Assembly (NCBI RefSeq): GCF_964355755.1
Contig: NC_092672.1
Coordinates: forward strand, 27,844,437 to 27,908,436
Direction: 5' to 3'
DNA length: 64,000 nucleotides
DNA from: Antedon mediterranea
Lineage: Eukaryota; Animalia; Echinodermata
The notes under the pieces: generated by a model
Told to the model about the DNA's origin: nothing
What the model saw: the letters and a program-made list of their open reading frames with translations, nothing else
Databases searched by the model: none
Position numbers and translations under genes: made by a program
Shown: one piece after another, positions 1 to 13,123 of the stretch
Numbering within the stretch: the first letter of the stretch is position 1
Layout of the letters: each line of letters begins with the position of its first letter

Positions 1-244
1 ATTTAATTGCGTCTATCCTAAACTTAATTTTGAGCTAAGGTTGATTTGCAGAGCATTTTCACTCTGTTTTATTATAATTTAATGTAGATGCCAATTACAG
101 AGGAAAATGCAGAGGAAGTTCTTCAAGCAGTTAATAACATTACAACAACTGAACCAGATACGGTGGTGATATGATGATTGATGATTATGACGACGATAAC
201 TAAGATGAAAATGATTTGGAATTGGAAAAAAATAAATAAATTAA

Positions 245-381
245 AGCCTGGTTCCCTCTATGACGCAACGGAAGTACGTAAATGCAACGCAAGCGTGTTG
301 ACCAATGGCAAGTGACAGTTTGAATAACCCATCGCTTGTGATTTACTTACGTTGCGTCGCGTCTCTTATGGGAACCAAGCT
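245..381. mobile_element. PIF/Harbinger-like MITE
   Basis: TIRs agcctggttccc...gggaaccaagct flanked by TAA on both sides (242-244, 382-384). Related copies occur at 6161-6312 and, 5' part only, at 31359 (also in its tandem duplicates). Confidence 0.7.
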
Positions 382-849
382 TAAACATGGTAGCACTTTG
401 TCGATGTTCGAATTGCATTCCCACATCCTTGATTTGCGCTAACATGCCTATTACTATTATTTTCTCAGTGTCCGCACCAAATTCGGATATAGTTGAAACG
501 TGCTTAGCCACGTCTTAAACAATTACACTGTGTGACTTCATGAATTCAGTCTATCTATTTTTAAGTCATTTTGAAATCACCAAGTATCAATACAAACGTG
601 TACACATTTAAAGTAGAATTTCTTTAATAATTTATTAATATAAACGATTTAGTAAAACTATGTTTAAAAAAAACATATATGTAAAGCACAAAAATTGTAA
701 TATTATTACAATTTTTAATAATAATGCCGTTTAAGTTAAAATCATTCCTTAACTGCATGCAGTTCCCGATTTCATAAATAAGTATGTTGAGAGGTAGGTA
801 AAAGATAAGTATGACCACCACAAAGTATTATCCAAACAAAATATCCGCG

Positions 850-3800
850 TCACTTTAATCCATTAAGTTGCCCGTTTAGTTGTCCGTTCAGTTGCCCATT
901 TATACACTTCTGCTGGTAACTGATTGGCTTTCCTAGACTCATTGATTCGTTACAACATTCTGACAGTCTAGTAACTCGGATGCAGTCTTCCTCCGTTACA
1001 TCCAAATTAGCTTCGATGCCTATTGTCAAAAATAGTATTACACAAGTATTAAATGTTTATGAGTTGGAGTGAGGATAATCTTTCATAAGTTGAAGAGGGG
1101 AGAATATTTTATGAGTTGAAATATTAATGTTCTATTTAACGAAGAGGGCGGAGTAGAGCTTTCAACGAACACAAAAATCATGCATTATTGGCTTTATAAC
1201 ATACCTGTTCTAAGTAGACTTTTATCCAATTAATCCGCTGCTTTTATTTTTAATAAATGTCATGTAAAAAGCAGATATTTTGGTCATGGCGCACACTTTC
1301 GTTGATTGTCATGCCTAGCGTTACGAAATTCTATAAATATCTGCAAAACGCTGAAGATATTTAAGAACCAATGACATGTCAGAACCCCTTGCCGATGTAT
1401 GGAATACAAGTCTCGGCCTTCTCAGAAATCGCACGCATCTTTTACTGCTTGTAGATGTATTGTAAGACCTGACATACAGTAGGTATGTTGTTTATTATTA
1501 TTTATCTCTCTACTATGGTAATACAACAGTGTCCTACCTTGATATACATTTAGAAAATGTTCAAATTCTAGTCTGTAAGAAGCTTTGTATCGTTCAATAA
1601 ATCCTCCTTGTATGCGTCCTAAACTGTGTCCATCTTGATCATGATGATGGACGGATGTTGGAAACACATTTTTGGACTCAAGTATCCCGCTATCCCCAAA
1701 CACCTAAAAGAAAACATTTGTCAAACATTAGTGTAAAAAAACACGTTTATTTGAAGGAGCGTTTATTCAAAACGATGTTCTATGGGGCCATTTATTCGAT
1801 GGAGAGACTAAAAGAGAGCGCGATTTCGACCCGTTAGTGAAGATAAAGATCACTTGAGATTTCATTACACGTTACTACGTCACCAATATATCGATTTTTT
1901 TTAATGGACTGTATATTCACAAACATAATAAAGAGAACAATAGCTTGGAGATTGTTGTCGTTAACATGAAACCAAACATCAACAGCAAATACAGAACTCT
2001 GAAGTGTCTCAAAGTTAATATATCGGTTGGCCGTAATGTTAAAACATTTAGTTCGTTTTTCGACAGTGTCCAATTAATTATAGATGTCTGTGAATAGGGA
2101 TTAGACTTTCCCCAGTTTTGGTATTTATCATCTTTTTTATGCTAGTTAACCCATGGGCATTTCAATTTTAGTCTGGAAATATTTGTACTTGTGACCTCAA
2201 GTATTATACGTATGAAACGCCATAAGTGCAAAAATACTTTTTTGCTAATATGCATTCGAAATAATCATGGCTAAATAGTAGGGATGTCTCAAAGGAGGGT
2301 TGCTAATATATACTGCCTGTTATTATGTTTGTATATATACCTCAAGTCTTTGATCATATCCATACACCGCGTTTCGATTGACATCAACGTGCGCCACGGC
2401 TCCTTTTGGAAATTGCATCATGATTCCAGCTTGGTCGTAATCTCCAATGGCTGCAATGTCTGGGTTGAACGCATGCGCCTGACAGTAGATCGTAGTAGGT
2501 GAACTTCCCATAATCCAGCAAATCATATCCATATCATGGGTTGCGCAGTCAAAGAATATTCCACCTGCAAATAAAAATATGCAAATAATATACAGAGTTG
2601 CTATTAAAAACTTGTTCAAATATTAACATTATACCTATCAACATGATGAAGTCTTTTCTTCCATCCACCTCCAATCTAGTTGACGTCATAATAGAATGTA
2701 CACTTGCTCCAAGTCTCATGTTATTATCTTTTTTATGTCAAGTATTCCAGTCGCCATTTTGATTTTGTCTTTAAACTCATTAAACTTCATCAGTATAACG
2801 CTACATTCTATACTAGATTCATCCTTCAAATCTGGCCAGATACTTAGCGACCTATTAATTAATCCACATCATCCCGTCTAATCGGATACGCTTATTATGA
2901 CGTCATAAGAGTACTTACCAGACGTTTTAAGGTAACTGACTGGAGATTCAGGGTGATCTCGACTAGTTGTTTTTATCGATTTTACTTCACCAATTTCACC
3001 GGCTTTAACCCTTTTATAAATATCTCGTACTGATGGATCGAAATGTCTGCCAAATAGAATATAAAAATTAATATTTAAAATTAAATAACAAATTTTAATT
3101 TTAATTTTAATTTTAAGTATTTAAAAATACTTAAAATTAATTGTCTGCCGTGGTAGAGAATGCGATCTGGCGGTTAACTCTTTTTTTTTTACAAGGAACG
3201 CTAAATTTCATAACTGTTTATTCAATAAGTATTAAATAATAATATTAGAAAATGTGATTATAATTTCAAATTGTATCTAAACTGGTCTTTAATGTACTGT
3301 ATTTCTATCAATGCAACAAAATATTTTTAATTTCATTAATACGAAAATAATATTGAAGGACACAGAATTGAATATAATTATAGTTTGACCTTTATGGACA
3401 AATCCGAAACGAATAAAAAAAATAAGACAATTTATGTTAATGGGGCTATGCACTGTATCTGAATAGAAATAGATAATCATTAAATACATTGTCTAATATA
3501 TATTATTTTATGTGATATATTAATTCACACGTGTCACACAAGAGAAAAGGACAGCAATTAGTTGTTACTATTTTGTATCAATACATAATACATTGACGGG
3601 GATCCAGAGGAGGCGGATCACGAGGAAGGCGGACCATATTCCGCATTAACTGACAATGTCTGACATTTCTTTGATCAACTTTACACACAATTCATTCAAT
3701 TCTGAATGTTATGATGTTTTTGGTAGTCATATTAAGGCTCTGTCTACACTATCAAACTTTATGTGAAAAAAATGTGATATGCAAATATATGGACATGATG

Positions 3801-6555
3801 ATGTCATATCACTACCATTGGGCACATCGCACTTGTTTTGTCAAACATAGCTTTATTATTAGTATTACTATTGCTATTTATACATATTTTCTACACCCTC
3901 CTCCTCCTCCTCCTCCTCCTTATGTGTACCTCCTGGGTCCGTCACACTGAAAAGGTCCGTTTACACTAACGATAACGATCGACGATAAATAGATAAAAAT
4001 ACAGCTTTCTTACATAAAACAAAAGACATTAGAAAAGTTTTCATTCTAGAACTATAGGATAACCACTTATCTGTCTTTGGTGAAACTAATATTTCTACAA
4101 GTCCAATCAAATGACGTCATTATTAGTAAGAGTAATAATATCGTGACGATTTTATTGTTCTATTGATTGGATTAAAACAATTAATTTTATCAAATCCAGC
4201 ATGGTTATAATATTATATAGTTCTAGAACGACCACTTTTCTAATTTCTTTTGTTTTATGTACACAAATGTATGTTTATCTATCAATCGCCGATCGTTATC
4301 ACTCTTTATATATCAGCCTTTATACCGGTAGTGGATTAAAAATGCTGCCTACTGTATAATGAATACAACGAATGGCCCATGTTTAAGAACATTTCAACAT
4401 CTCAGCCAATGATTGTGAAGAAATCGGCATTGTTGAAACAGAAACAAAACCCATATCTACAGGCATATGGTACCACGTATTAACAGAGTCTTTTATTTTC
4501 TGCAAATCAAACAACATTTAAGGTACAGTATGTTCATTTTGAAACCCGGATTTTCAGGTAGCCGGAAAACCCCGATGGCGACTGGAAAAGGGAGCCCAAT
4601 CACCACACAACAACTGACGAAGTCTAGCTAACAGCTAAACAAAACTGTTAAAAAGTTATTTTACTGGTTTATGATTCATGAACTTCACATCACTACTTAA
4701 TCTAAACCATGTGAAATTGTTTTCACAACAACCCCGGAACACTTTCCGCATTTTTGGGAGTTTCCATGCACTGACAAACTAAACTGCCGAATTTCAAAAT
4801 TAGTTTTCTCTTGCTACATGATCGTAGGCTTTGTGAATAGTTAGGTGTTTTCAGAAATCATAACGTCACATTTTACGTAGGCCTAATATAATTAACGTTT
4901 AATAAAATGACAAATAATATAGTCTATTACAAAATAGGCCTAAATCAAAATGAAACGTGTTCTACGTACAAATAAGGGCGTTTTGATTAAAACATAAAAA
5001 TACTACAAAGGCAAAACGCCAAGGAAAAGGAAACAAAAGAACAAAGGAGAAGGATACATTATGGGAGCTGATATTATTATGAATTATTAGATTATCTTAG
5101 TGTTACTATGGCGTAACTTGGTGTATATCCGTCTACAACAATTGTAATGTTAGTATTATAAACATACGGGTACACACTTAAAAATGAATTTACCTGTTGT
5201 AGGCACAATACAACAGCTGTTGGTTTTTTCTGGCAGCAGCGTAACATGATTTTACCTCATCTACTGTTAATGCTATAGGCTTCTCACAAAATACGGCCTT
5301 ACCTAAAGAACAACAAATGTGAATCAAATTATTTGTAAATTCATAAAACAGGGAAGTTGTCTGTAATTATGTTTATTGTTAAATATAAATCATGTAGTTT
5401 CAGTTGGTGACTACCACCAAAAGTCAAAAATTGGCCATGATCTCATCCGCACTCTAATATAAGTATTTTATACAATATGGGCCTTGGTACGCTATTGTCA
5501 AAACGCACTGTTTTTCTACGGTTTTGGAAAATGGTGCGTTTTGTCGATAAAAATACGGTTTCAAATAAAAACTGTATCATTCGTTAAACCATAGAACAGG
5601 GAATGGTGAATACAGACATTAGAAAACACAAAGATAAAACACGAGATAATAACATCACGCAATGACAAAGCTGAGACCAGCATTTGCCAATTACGCGTCC
5701 ATTCCATTGTTTACGGCTGCTTGTTTGTAATGTAGTCCGGGTATCTTAATTCTATTATCATTTACATATAAAAAAACAAGCTTACCAGCCTTGCAAGCCG
5801 ACTTTATTAAACTGGGATGGAACTTAACTGGCGTACATATGAGTATTACTTCCACACTAAACAAAATATAAAAAAAACAGGAAGTTAAATCATATGAATC
5901 ATGTTAGCATCACATACTAGCTTCAATACCACGTCATAAACCCTGTCTACAAAATTTAATATTAACAACTATCTATGACCATCACTGTCTTCATTATTTG
6001 TATTCGTTGCCTTTGCGTAGTTTAACCAGACATGTTACGAATGGTATAAACTTCAGAGATACTATAATCCTCCGTCCTTATTAGGCCTAATCATCACCAC
6101 TATCGGCATAATTATAATTCCATTTCCCACTATTAAGCTAATTATTATCATAGTTTTTAAAGCTTGGTTCCCACTAGGAAGCAACAATAGTGGTTTGACC
6201 AATCATGGACCTATAGGTCCGCCTTATTCAAACTGTGGCTTGTCATTGGTCAAGCAACAGTTCGAATAATCCATCGCGTGTGATTGGTAAAATCTCTAAT
6301 GGGAACCAAGCAATAGGGCCTACTCTCTAACCTTTTATCTGCAAGCATTTCATCAACCTTGCTTGAGTTACCAATCTTTATCGAGTCATCTAAATAAAAC
6401 TCGTGTTTCAACTGAACTACTCTGTCGTAGTCTTCTTCAACCAGCCACTCAATTGACACACTTGGATTACGAACTACATGATCCAGATGCACAGCTCCTA
6501 TCTTCCCAAGACCGCATATAGCGACTCCGATCTTTTTTCTCTGTTGGTTAGCCAT
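850..6555 (-). CDS. Gfo/Idh/MocA oxidoreductase, myo-inositol 2-dehydrogenase (IolG/YrbE)-like; 7 coding exons, 363 aa
   Basis: Exons were assembled by hand with GT-AG borders and matching phases: 6555-6332, 5856-5786, 5302-5194, 3046-2919, 2564-2341, 1703-1538, 1019-850 (1092 nt, TGA stop). Motifs: Rossmann GVAICGLGKIG, ICTP..FH, GKAVFCEKP, AYNRHFDP, GGIFFDCATHDMD, YGYDQRLEVFG. Confidence 0.9.
3953..4321. mobile_element. Foldback MITE with long imperfect inverted arms (intronic)
   Basis: gataacgatcgacgataaatagataaa...catta gaaaag...ttctagaactata is mirrored by tatagttctagaa...cttttctaat...tttatctatcaatcgccgatcgttatc. Confidence 0.6.
6161..6312. mobile_element. PIF/Harbinger-like MITE (same family as 245-381)
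   Basis: taa|agcttggttcccact ... aatgggaaccaagc terminal inverted repeats. Confidence 0.6.
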
Positions 6556-9500
6556 TGGTAAACTCTATCAGTTCTACCTACAAACAATTAAAATCTGTAA
6601 ATTTACAGTTAATGGGTTATTCCGTGTCAAAATCACCTACATTAAAAAAAATCCCCCGGAGTTGACACCTTGGATTTTGCCTAAATTACATCAGGATGTG
6701 GCAGAGGAGTAACTACTAATGACTTCGACTTTTGTTTGGCCTAAGCTTTTCTCTGCGGTTAACGTCTGGCTGTATTTTAATCAAATATAAAGGGTCAGTT
6801 TGGGACACAGATGTTATTTGACAGCAATAATTACTCTGTAATTGCAAATAGCTTCTTCGGTGCCGCATCCTGTATACGACGGATACATATTGTCATGCCA
6901 GTACCCTTTAAAACACTGAAAATTACGTACAGGTACGTCTACGAAATCAATCGCATGTTTACTGCTTTTTAAACATAAAACTACAAATGGAGAAATTGTT
7001 ACACTCGACATACCAGCATGTTTACTTATAAATAGGCAGATAACATAATATTTACCTCAATGTATAAAATGACAGAATGAATATGTAAACTTTCACTGGC
7101 AAAGTTGCAAAACACTGGCCTCTCGTTAATTATTGACAGAAGATAATGCTAAGAATGAACAGTTAGTAAGTATGTCTGAATCCCCTAAGCTTTGTGTAGG
7201 CCTAATCCAGGATAATCAGCGAGCATTCGTGATGGAATATTTTCATAGGATGCGTCAGTACACAAAATCCGGGTTAGGCCATGTAATTGTTCGTAAGTTG
7301 TAGGTACCCTTCTTTAAATCTTTAACAAAGATGTTATTATACAGAAGTAACCAAGATCATACTTTAGTATGGATGGCCACATTGTCCATCGACTCTGTCA
7401 TTCATAATCTATACTTTGTTTGGCAGTATGACCTTTGTTTTATGTACACTCTTTTGTACTGCGGATCAATAACATAGCGTGAACGAACTGACGAATGTAC
7501 CACCAGTATTTGTATTCATTGAATCATATGATTGAATGGACTTAAAAGATCACGTAATTTAAACATATTACAATCAGTGAAGCGTTAAAAATCAAATCGT
7601 TTTCTAGAACAGTCTATGTATGGAGGTACAGTATATGATGATCCAGGAAGTAATACTTAGGATAGATTTTACTACTACTAGTGTATTCTGAATCTATTCC
7701 GTTTGCACCGTATGATATTGTCTATGTTTTTGAGCCATGATCAGTAAAGAAGGCTAGCTACTATACATGTGTATATTTTATTAAAGTTAAGCAGGTAATT
7801 ATAACAATTATTCATGCATTTAAAAAAAATAAAATTTAAAAAAATAGTCACTCATGGCAATCCATTTTACAGAAATAAACAATCATGCTACCTACCTGAT
7901 TAACACATACGTTGACGTACGTCGAGCCACTCTAGAAACACTTCTATTGTACGGCCGAGTAACAAAACTACTATACTATTTATGCTACTATACTTATACT
8001 GTACTGTTATGACAACATCTCATCCTCAATTTGACCTCAAACCTAATCTCATCCTTGTAATCTCTCTCTCTAGAGGGCGTTTTCGGTCGGTTACCATCTA
8101 TACACATTTACGTAAGGGCAAAATTCGGTAAATCGCGCCTTACTTCTAAAATGTTTACTCGATGGTGTATAAAGTTGGTTCGTACTTTCGGTACTAATTT
8201 TAACCACATGATGTAACCCTGTTTACTAATTAAATTGAGTTAGATAATTAGTTATTGACGATTAAAACGAATTTAGGTTCAACGATTTCCCCCAAAATTG
8301 TTAAAACTAAAACCTTAAGATATAGTATTGCAATACTTTGACAATACTGTAAATAAAATATTAACCATTTTTCGTCGCCATTTTTATTTATCATTTATAA
8401 TTAAATAAATCCTTTAATAGATATGAAAAGTGGTAACAAAAAATAACAAATGCTTGGTAAATTGTAGATGAATTCTACTACAAATAGTAGACTATAATTG
8501 TGTTATATAATAATTATATTGCGTGTATAAATGTGGATTGGCGGCGTTTATTAGATGGTTGATTTTTAATTTAAAGGATGTTTTATTGGGGAGGTGTTTA
8601 TTGGTATAACTAATACATTTAGTTTAAACATTTTTTTAAAACTTGAACTTCCGCGACACAGTGCGCCGTTTCGGCTTAAGAAGGAAGACGTTTTAGACGG
8701 CTTGCAACATGGGCAGAAGTATCCCACAGTTATTCCTGCCAGCTTACTCAACAACTCGGCTATCTTATCATCAGTTCTTCCAATGTAATTTTATATACTA
8801 TTCCCACAATATACTCCGATGCTTTATGAATATATTAAATTTTATCTTTATTAATTTGCAATATAATTTGTATTTTGCTAACTACTGTACCCTCACACCC
8901 TCCATTAAGTTATCAAATTATGGAGAATGTGTCTATAAATTCAGTTACTGGTTTAAAGATTTATTGTTAGATGGATGCCTGTAGACACAGTATTATGGCT
9001 AACTGTGATGTGTTGCATTTTCGGAGGTCCTTTCAACAAATCAAGAATTATTTTTGTGGCTATCTCTATCTAAAATAGTATAACAAGATAAAAGTCTTCT
9101 TTATACATTCAATTTCCTTTATTTCGAAAGTTTTACATCCATATCAATAGAAAAGGAAACAACCTTTTTTTTACCACGACCTCATGATTATATTTTGGCA
9201 GTTCTCACGACCCACCAAGTATTTAAGAGACAGCCCCACCCCAGCGTAGGACCTGTGGCGAAGCGAATCCCTAGATGGCTGGAAATGGACTCTCGCACGT
9301 AAAATTAATGCCACCTTTAGGCCTAGTTGGACGGCGCGATCGGCAAAACGATTGTATCTACTTTTTCGCCGGTAAAAACACGCGACTAACGACAACATTT
9401 GCGCTATAAAAAGCAGTTTCGTCAATGTAATACTCGTCATGGAATTACGTCATTATTACCGCACATTATGCGGAAGTGCAAGTGCGCAGAGTTAAGGAAA

Positions 9501-10173
9501 ATTAAGATCGCAAATGCGTTATACAAATGTCTCTACTCAAGACTGGAATCAATTGATTTTTTTTTTAAATTAAAGAACGTTATATTTAAAAAGATTTCTT
9601 TTTCTGTTTTTGGACTTATTTAACTGTATGTTGGCAAATAAACAAGGCCATATACATGCCATCGGCAGCATAACATATTCTACAGAAAACTATCGCCTAG
9701 TGGTGATTAAATCCTCGTCCTGTTTAAAGAGGAATTCCCTACTTGTAACAATGAACTATGCGCAAAAAGCGTCCATGTGCCCCGTCGGCGCGCTCTCGTT
9801 ATCAGTTCCCAACTGAACTGTGTGTACGCTACTTTCATCAAGACAGGGGGGAAAACTATAGCTGTAAACATTTAAAATGTAATCAGCTTGTATAATCTGT
9901 GTATAATTGATAAAATGTGTCAGCATTGGAGACGATTTCGTGACCCATAGGTTGCGGATCGGCGCTCTACAATACTTCTCCATCTATAATACATTTAAAT
10001 GCCGGGAATTTACACACAGAGGAGGATCAGGAAACAATAACATTGCAACTATTCAACATACGTTGCATAAAATATAATCAATAAAAGCATAATAGGGGTC
10101 AATGCTCTCCTCGTATATGGGTCTTGTGCAAATTTCGGAAGGAATCATTGTTATAAACATCAACACGTTGAAT

Positions 10174-13053
10174 TCATATTTTGTCCGTTTGTTTTGGATC
10201 CAATATTGCTATGATCATCTTACAAAAGCGAAGGCGTCTATGATCGTTCATTCCATACGAAGAAAAGTTTTCCAGAGATATGAGATTGTATTCTGGAACG
10301 AAGAATGAAGGAACTGTGCCTGTTTTATCAGTTAAAAACCTTTCCAACTGCTTTAAAATGGCAAATGCCCATGCTCTAATTTTTTCTCCGTCTGTTACAG
10401 CGCTGGTTAGTTTTTCCCTTACATCACCACACATGTAATTTTCAAGACAATATAAGAGGCAGGTTTTTAGCATGTAACTTGATATCAGTTCACTCGCAGA
10501 ACTCTTCAAATGCTTATATTCATCGTCATCGCTAATTCGCAGTGGAGGAACTAGCTCGATCATATTTTTTGCGAGTTTGTAACCTTGTTTTACTTGGTCA
10601 CTTTGCTTTCTGATGAGGAACGTTTCTACTTCTGAAAATGAAACACGCAGAAATTGTGTCATCTTGTGGGCAGGCACGAACTGAAACTTTTCTGATTTGT
10701 CCGATTTAGTTATCAGCAAGCATCCAAGCGATGAGACATGTTTGTCTTCTGTAAAACTTGACTTCTTAATTTGTGATGGCCACCAGTTTCTTTTTGGAAT
10801 AGTGGGAACAAGATCAATCGAAATCACCATGTCTTTGATCAGCCATCCCGTCCACCTGACAGACAAGCTATGGATTCTACCCTGTTCCACCTTTGGTTCA
10901 TCATACAAATGGATTCGTGGAAATTTTGACCAGATATCATTACATGGAATCACCTCTCTTATAAGCTGGTAAAAACGACTGGACACCAGGTTCTGTTGTA
11001 AAAATGAATCGTTGAAAAATTCAGCAAATACTGAGTGCTGGCAGCTAGAATTTTTAGTATTCATGATAAGGGATGCAAAACAGGCTGGTCTGTTTGAATC
11101 TGTTTCATCAACAGTTGTAATGCTATCAAACTGTTGTAGACAGCAGAGATAGTCAAATTCATCAGGAAGGAATATCTTAGTGCCTTCACTTACACTTCCA
11201 GATAAAACTGTTGAGGCTTCAAATCTAGGATCAATGTCTGCTATTTTCTTCAATATTAGTCTGACTAGTTCATCTATAGAATTTTTGATATATTGAGCTT
11301 CTTTTGAACTTGCCATTTTATCAAAATATGGATTTTGTATGATATGATCGAGTGTATTTCCATGATACAGTTTAAATTGTTCTATAAATTGTGGAATTTC
11401 CCGCTCTTTGATTGGTGTGACTAAATCAATATCTATGTCACTGTCATCGTCAGCTTCAATATCGCCTAGCGAACTATTATCTTGGTCACTTTCATTGCTC
11501 TTTTCAAAATCTTCGTTCATTTCGGAAGGTTGTTCCTCACCACTACTATCTGCACTCTCATTAGTACATCCTAACAGCTCAACAAACGGCTGGTTACCGA
11601 TAAATTCTGCTAGCCTAACAGCAGTATTTCCTTGCGTGTCCTTTCGCTCGAGATCAACCGAGGTTTGCAGAAATTGTACGCAGTTAGGATAGCCTCCGAC
11701 TTGATACCAAGCCGCATAGTGTGCTACAGTAGATTCATTAATGTCAGTCGCTTCAATATCTGCTCCACTTGTTTGCAGTAAGTCACAAAAGCTCATATCT
11801 CTCCATGCCATGGCAATGTGGAGAGGTACAGTTCCACTTTTGTTAGGGGTATTTACACAAGCGCCCTCTTCAATCAGCATTTTCATCATATGAAATGAAG
11901 GTACCTTTATGGCATAGTGTAAAGGTGTAGAACCATTTATGTCTTTTTCATTAACAGCGACTCCGTGCTTGATCAGTGATTTACATATCTGTAGAAAATT
12001 ATTTATCTGTTCCTCTGAAGAAGTGAGACTGTTCATAATACATGTATGAAGTGCCGTCCTCCCCAAGTTATCTTTGACGCTTAAATCTGCACCATGGTTA
12101 ATGACTAGGTCAACAATTTCGGTTTTGGTATTACACACTTTATGTAACACACTGGCTCCAAATGCATTCACATGGTTGATATCACACCCTTTGTCTAAAA
12201 ATATAATAAGAGCTTTTTCAGCTTCAGCAATATCAATAAAATCACTGGGGAATGCTTCATTCTTGATCAACTTTGCATGCATATAACTTTGTAAGAATAA
12301 ATGGTTGAGTGGTGTTTCACCATGTGAATCTAGTGTGTTTACAGAGGCACCATTATCCAGCAGATATGCTACTGCTCGAGCACAACAATTAAGAGCTGAA
12401 TTGTGTAAAGCAGTGGTGTCATCTTTTCCTTTTGCATTAACGTCAACACCAGCTTCCACCAATAGTTTCACAATGGCAACACATTCACAAATATCTTCAG
12501 GTTTTAAAGTTATATGACCACCTTCTCTAACAACTGTCTTAGTGGCTTTGTGAAGTGCTGTGTTTTCAAACTGATCTAAAGCATTCACATCCGCTTCAGC
12601 TGCCAACAAAACCTTTGTTTTCTCCGGCTGATAATGTTCACATACATCATGAAGAGGTGTTTCAAATAGTTCATTTGCTACGTTTGGATTAGCTCCATAT
12701 TTTACGAGCAGTTCCAAAATTGCCAAATCAACTTCTGGTGCTGAAGCGTAATGTAATGGATACAATTGCAATTCTTGATTACCAACATTAGAGGAGGCAC
12801 CGTTCAACAACAAAAAGCGACACAAATCTAGTTGATTTATCTCTACTGCCAGTAGCAGCAGACTGTTACCGCTGTCGTCTGTAGAGTTCACTAGACTGTG
12901 CTGAGCCTGTGAGTTTGATTTCACTGCAGAGGAAAACACTCGTTTGAAATTTTCAGTGTCTTCGTTTTTCAGCATGTCAAATAATCTACGTTTAACCTCT
13001 TTGTTTTCTTCCTCCTCATCATGACATTGTTTAGCACGCTTACAGTCTGTCAT
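10174..13053 (-). CDS. Ankyrin-repeat / Mab-21 nucleotidyltransferase (cGAS-like receptor, ANK-cGLR), 959 aa, intronless
   Basis: About 12 ankyrin repeats (TPLH/TALH...LL..GA.VN), then an acidic linker, then cGAS/Mab-21 motifs: LSGSVSEGTKIFLPDEFDYL (GS + E-x-D), ISIDLVP (third acidic residue), RVSFSEVE, KQGYKLAK, SSYMLKT, PSFFVPEYNL. Confidence 0.9.
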   Translation of the reverse strand: MTDCKRAKQCHDEEEENKEVKRRLFDMLKNEDTENFKRVFSSAVKSNSQAQHSLVNSTDDSGNSLLLLAVEINQLDLCRFLLLNGASSNVGNQELQLYPLHYASAPEVDLAILELLVKYGANPNVANELFETPLHDVCEHYQPEKTKVLLAAEADVNALDQFENTALHKATKTVVREGGHITLKPEDICECVAIVKLLVEAGVDVNAKGKDDTTALHNSALNCCARAVAYLLDNGASVNTLDSHGETPLNHLFLQSYMHAKLIKNEAFPSDFIDIAEAEKALIIFLDKGCDINHVNAFGASVLHKVCNTKTEIVDLVINHGADLSVKDNLGRTALHTCIMNSLTSSEEQINNFLQICKSLIKHGVAVNEKDINGSTPLHYAIKVPSFHMMKMLIEEGACVNTPNKSGTVPLHIAMAWRDMSFCDLLQTSGADIEATDINESTVAHYAAWYQVGGYPNCVQFLQTSVDLERKDTQGNTAVRLAEFIGNQPFVELLGCTNESADSSGEEQPSEMNEDFEKSNESDQDNSSLGDIEADDDSDIDIDLVTPIKEREIPQFIEQFKLYHGNTLDHIIQNPYFDKMASSKEAQYIKNSIDELVRLILKKIADIDPRFEASTVLSGSVSEGTKIFLPDEFDYLCCLQQFDSITTVDETDSNRPACFASLIMNTKNSSCQHSVFAEFFNDSFLQQNLVSSRFYQLIREVIPCNDIWSKFPRIHLYDEPKVEQGRIHSLSVRWTGWLIKDMVISIDLVPTIPKRNWWPSQIKKSSFTEDKHVSSLGCLLITKSDKSEKFQFVPAHKMTQFLRVSFSEVETFLIRKQSDQVKQGYKLAKNMIELVPPLRISDDDEYKHLKSSASELISSYMLKTCLLYCLENYMCGDVREKLTSAVTDGEKIRAWAFAILKQLERFLTDKTGTVPSFFVPEYNLISLENFSSYGMNDHRRLRFCKMIIAILDPKQTDKI

Positions 13054-13123
13054 AGTGAGAATGCCAGTGTTTTTAATGCTAGCTTGGCCCCCTGTTTGTT
13101 ACGGTTACCTTCTTCCTGCTTGT

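Noticed and set aside
88-175. Possible plus-strand exon MPITEENAEEVLQAVNNITTTEPDTVVI
   Set aside because: Too short, followed by stops, and with no supporting neighbouring exons in the window.
10697-12517. Plus-strand ORFs overlapping the ANK-cGLR
   Set aside because: They are antisense shadows of the long ORF with no independent motifs.
12858-12880. DSGNS as an IkB-type beta-TrCP degron in ANK-cGLR
   Set aside because: The spacing is not DSGxxS and it coincides with the normal D..G.(T/S) start of an ankyrin repeat.
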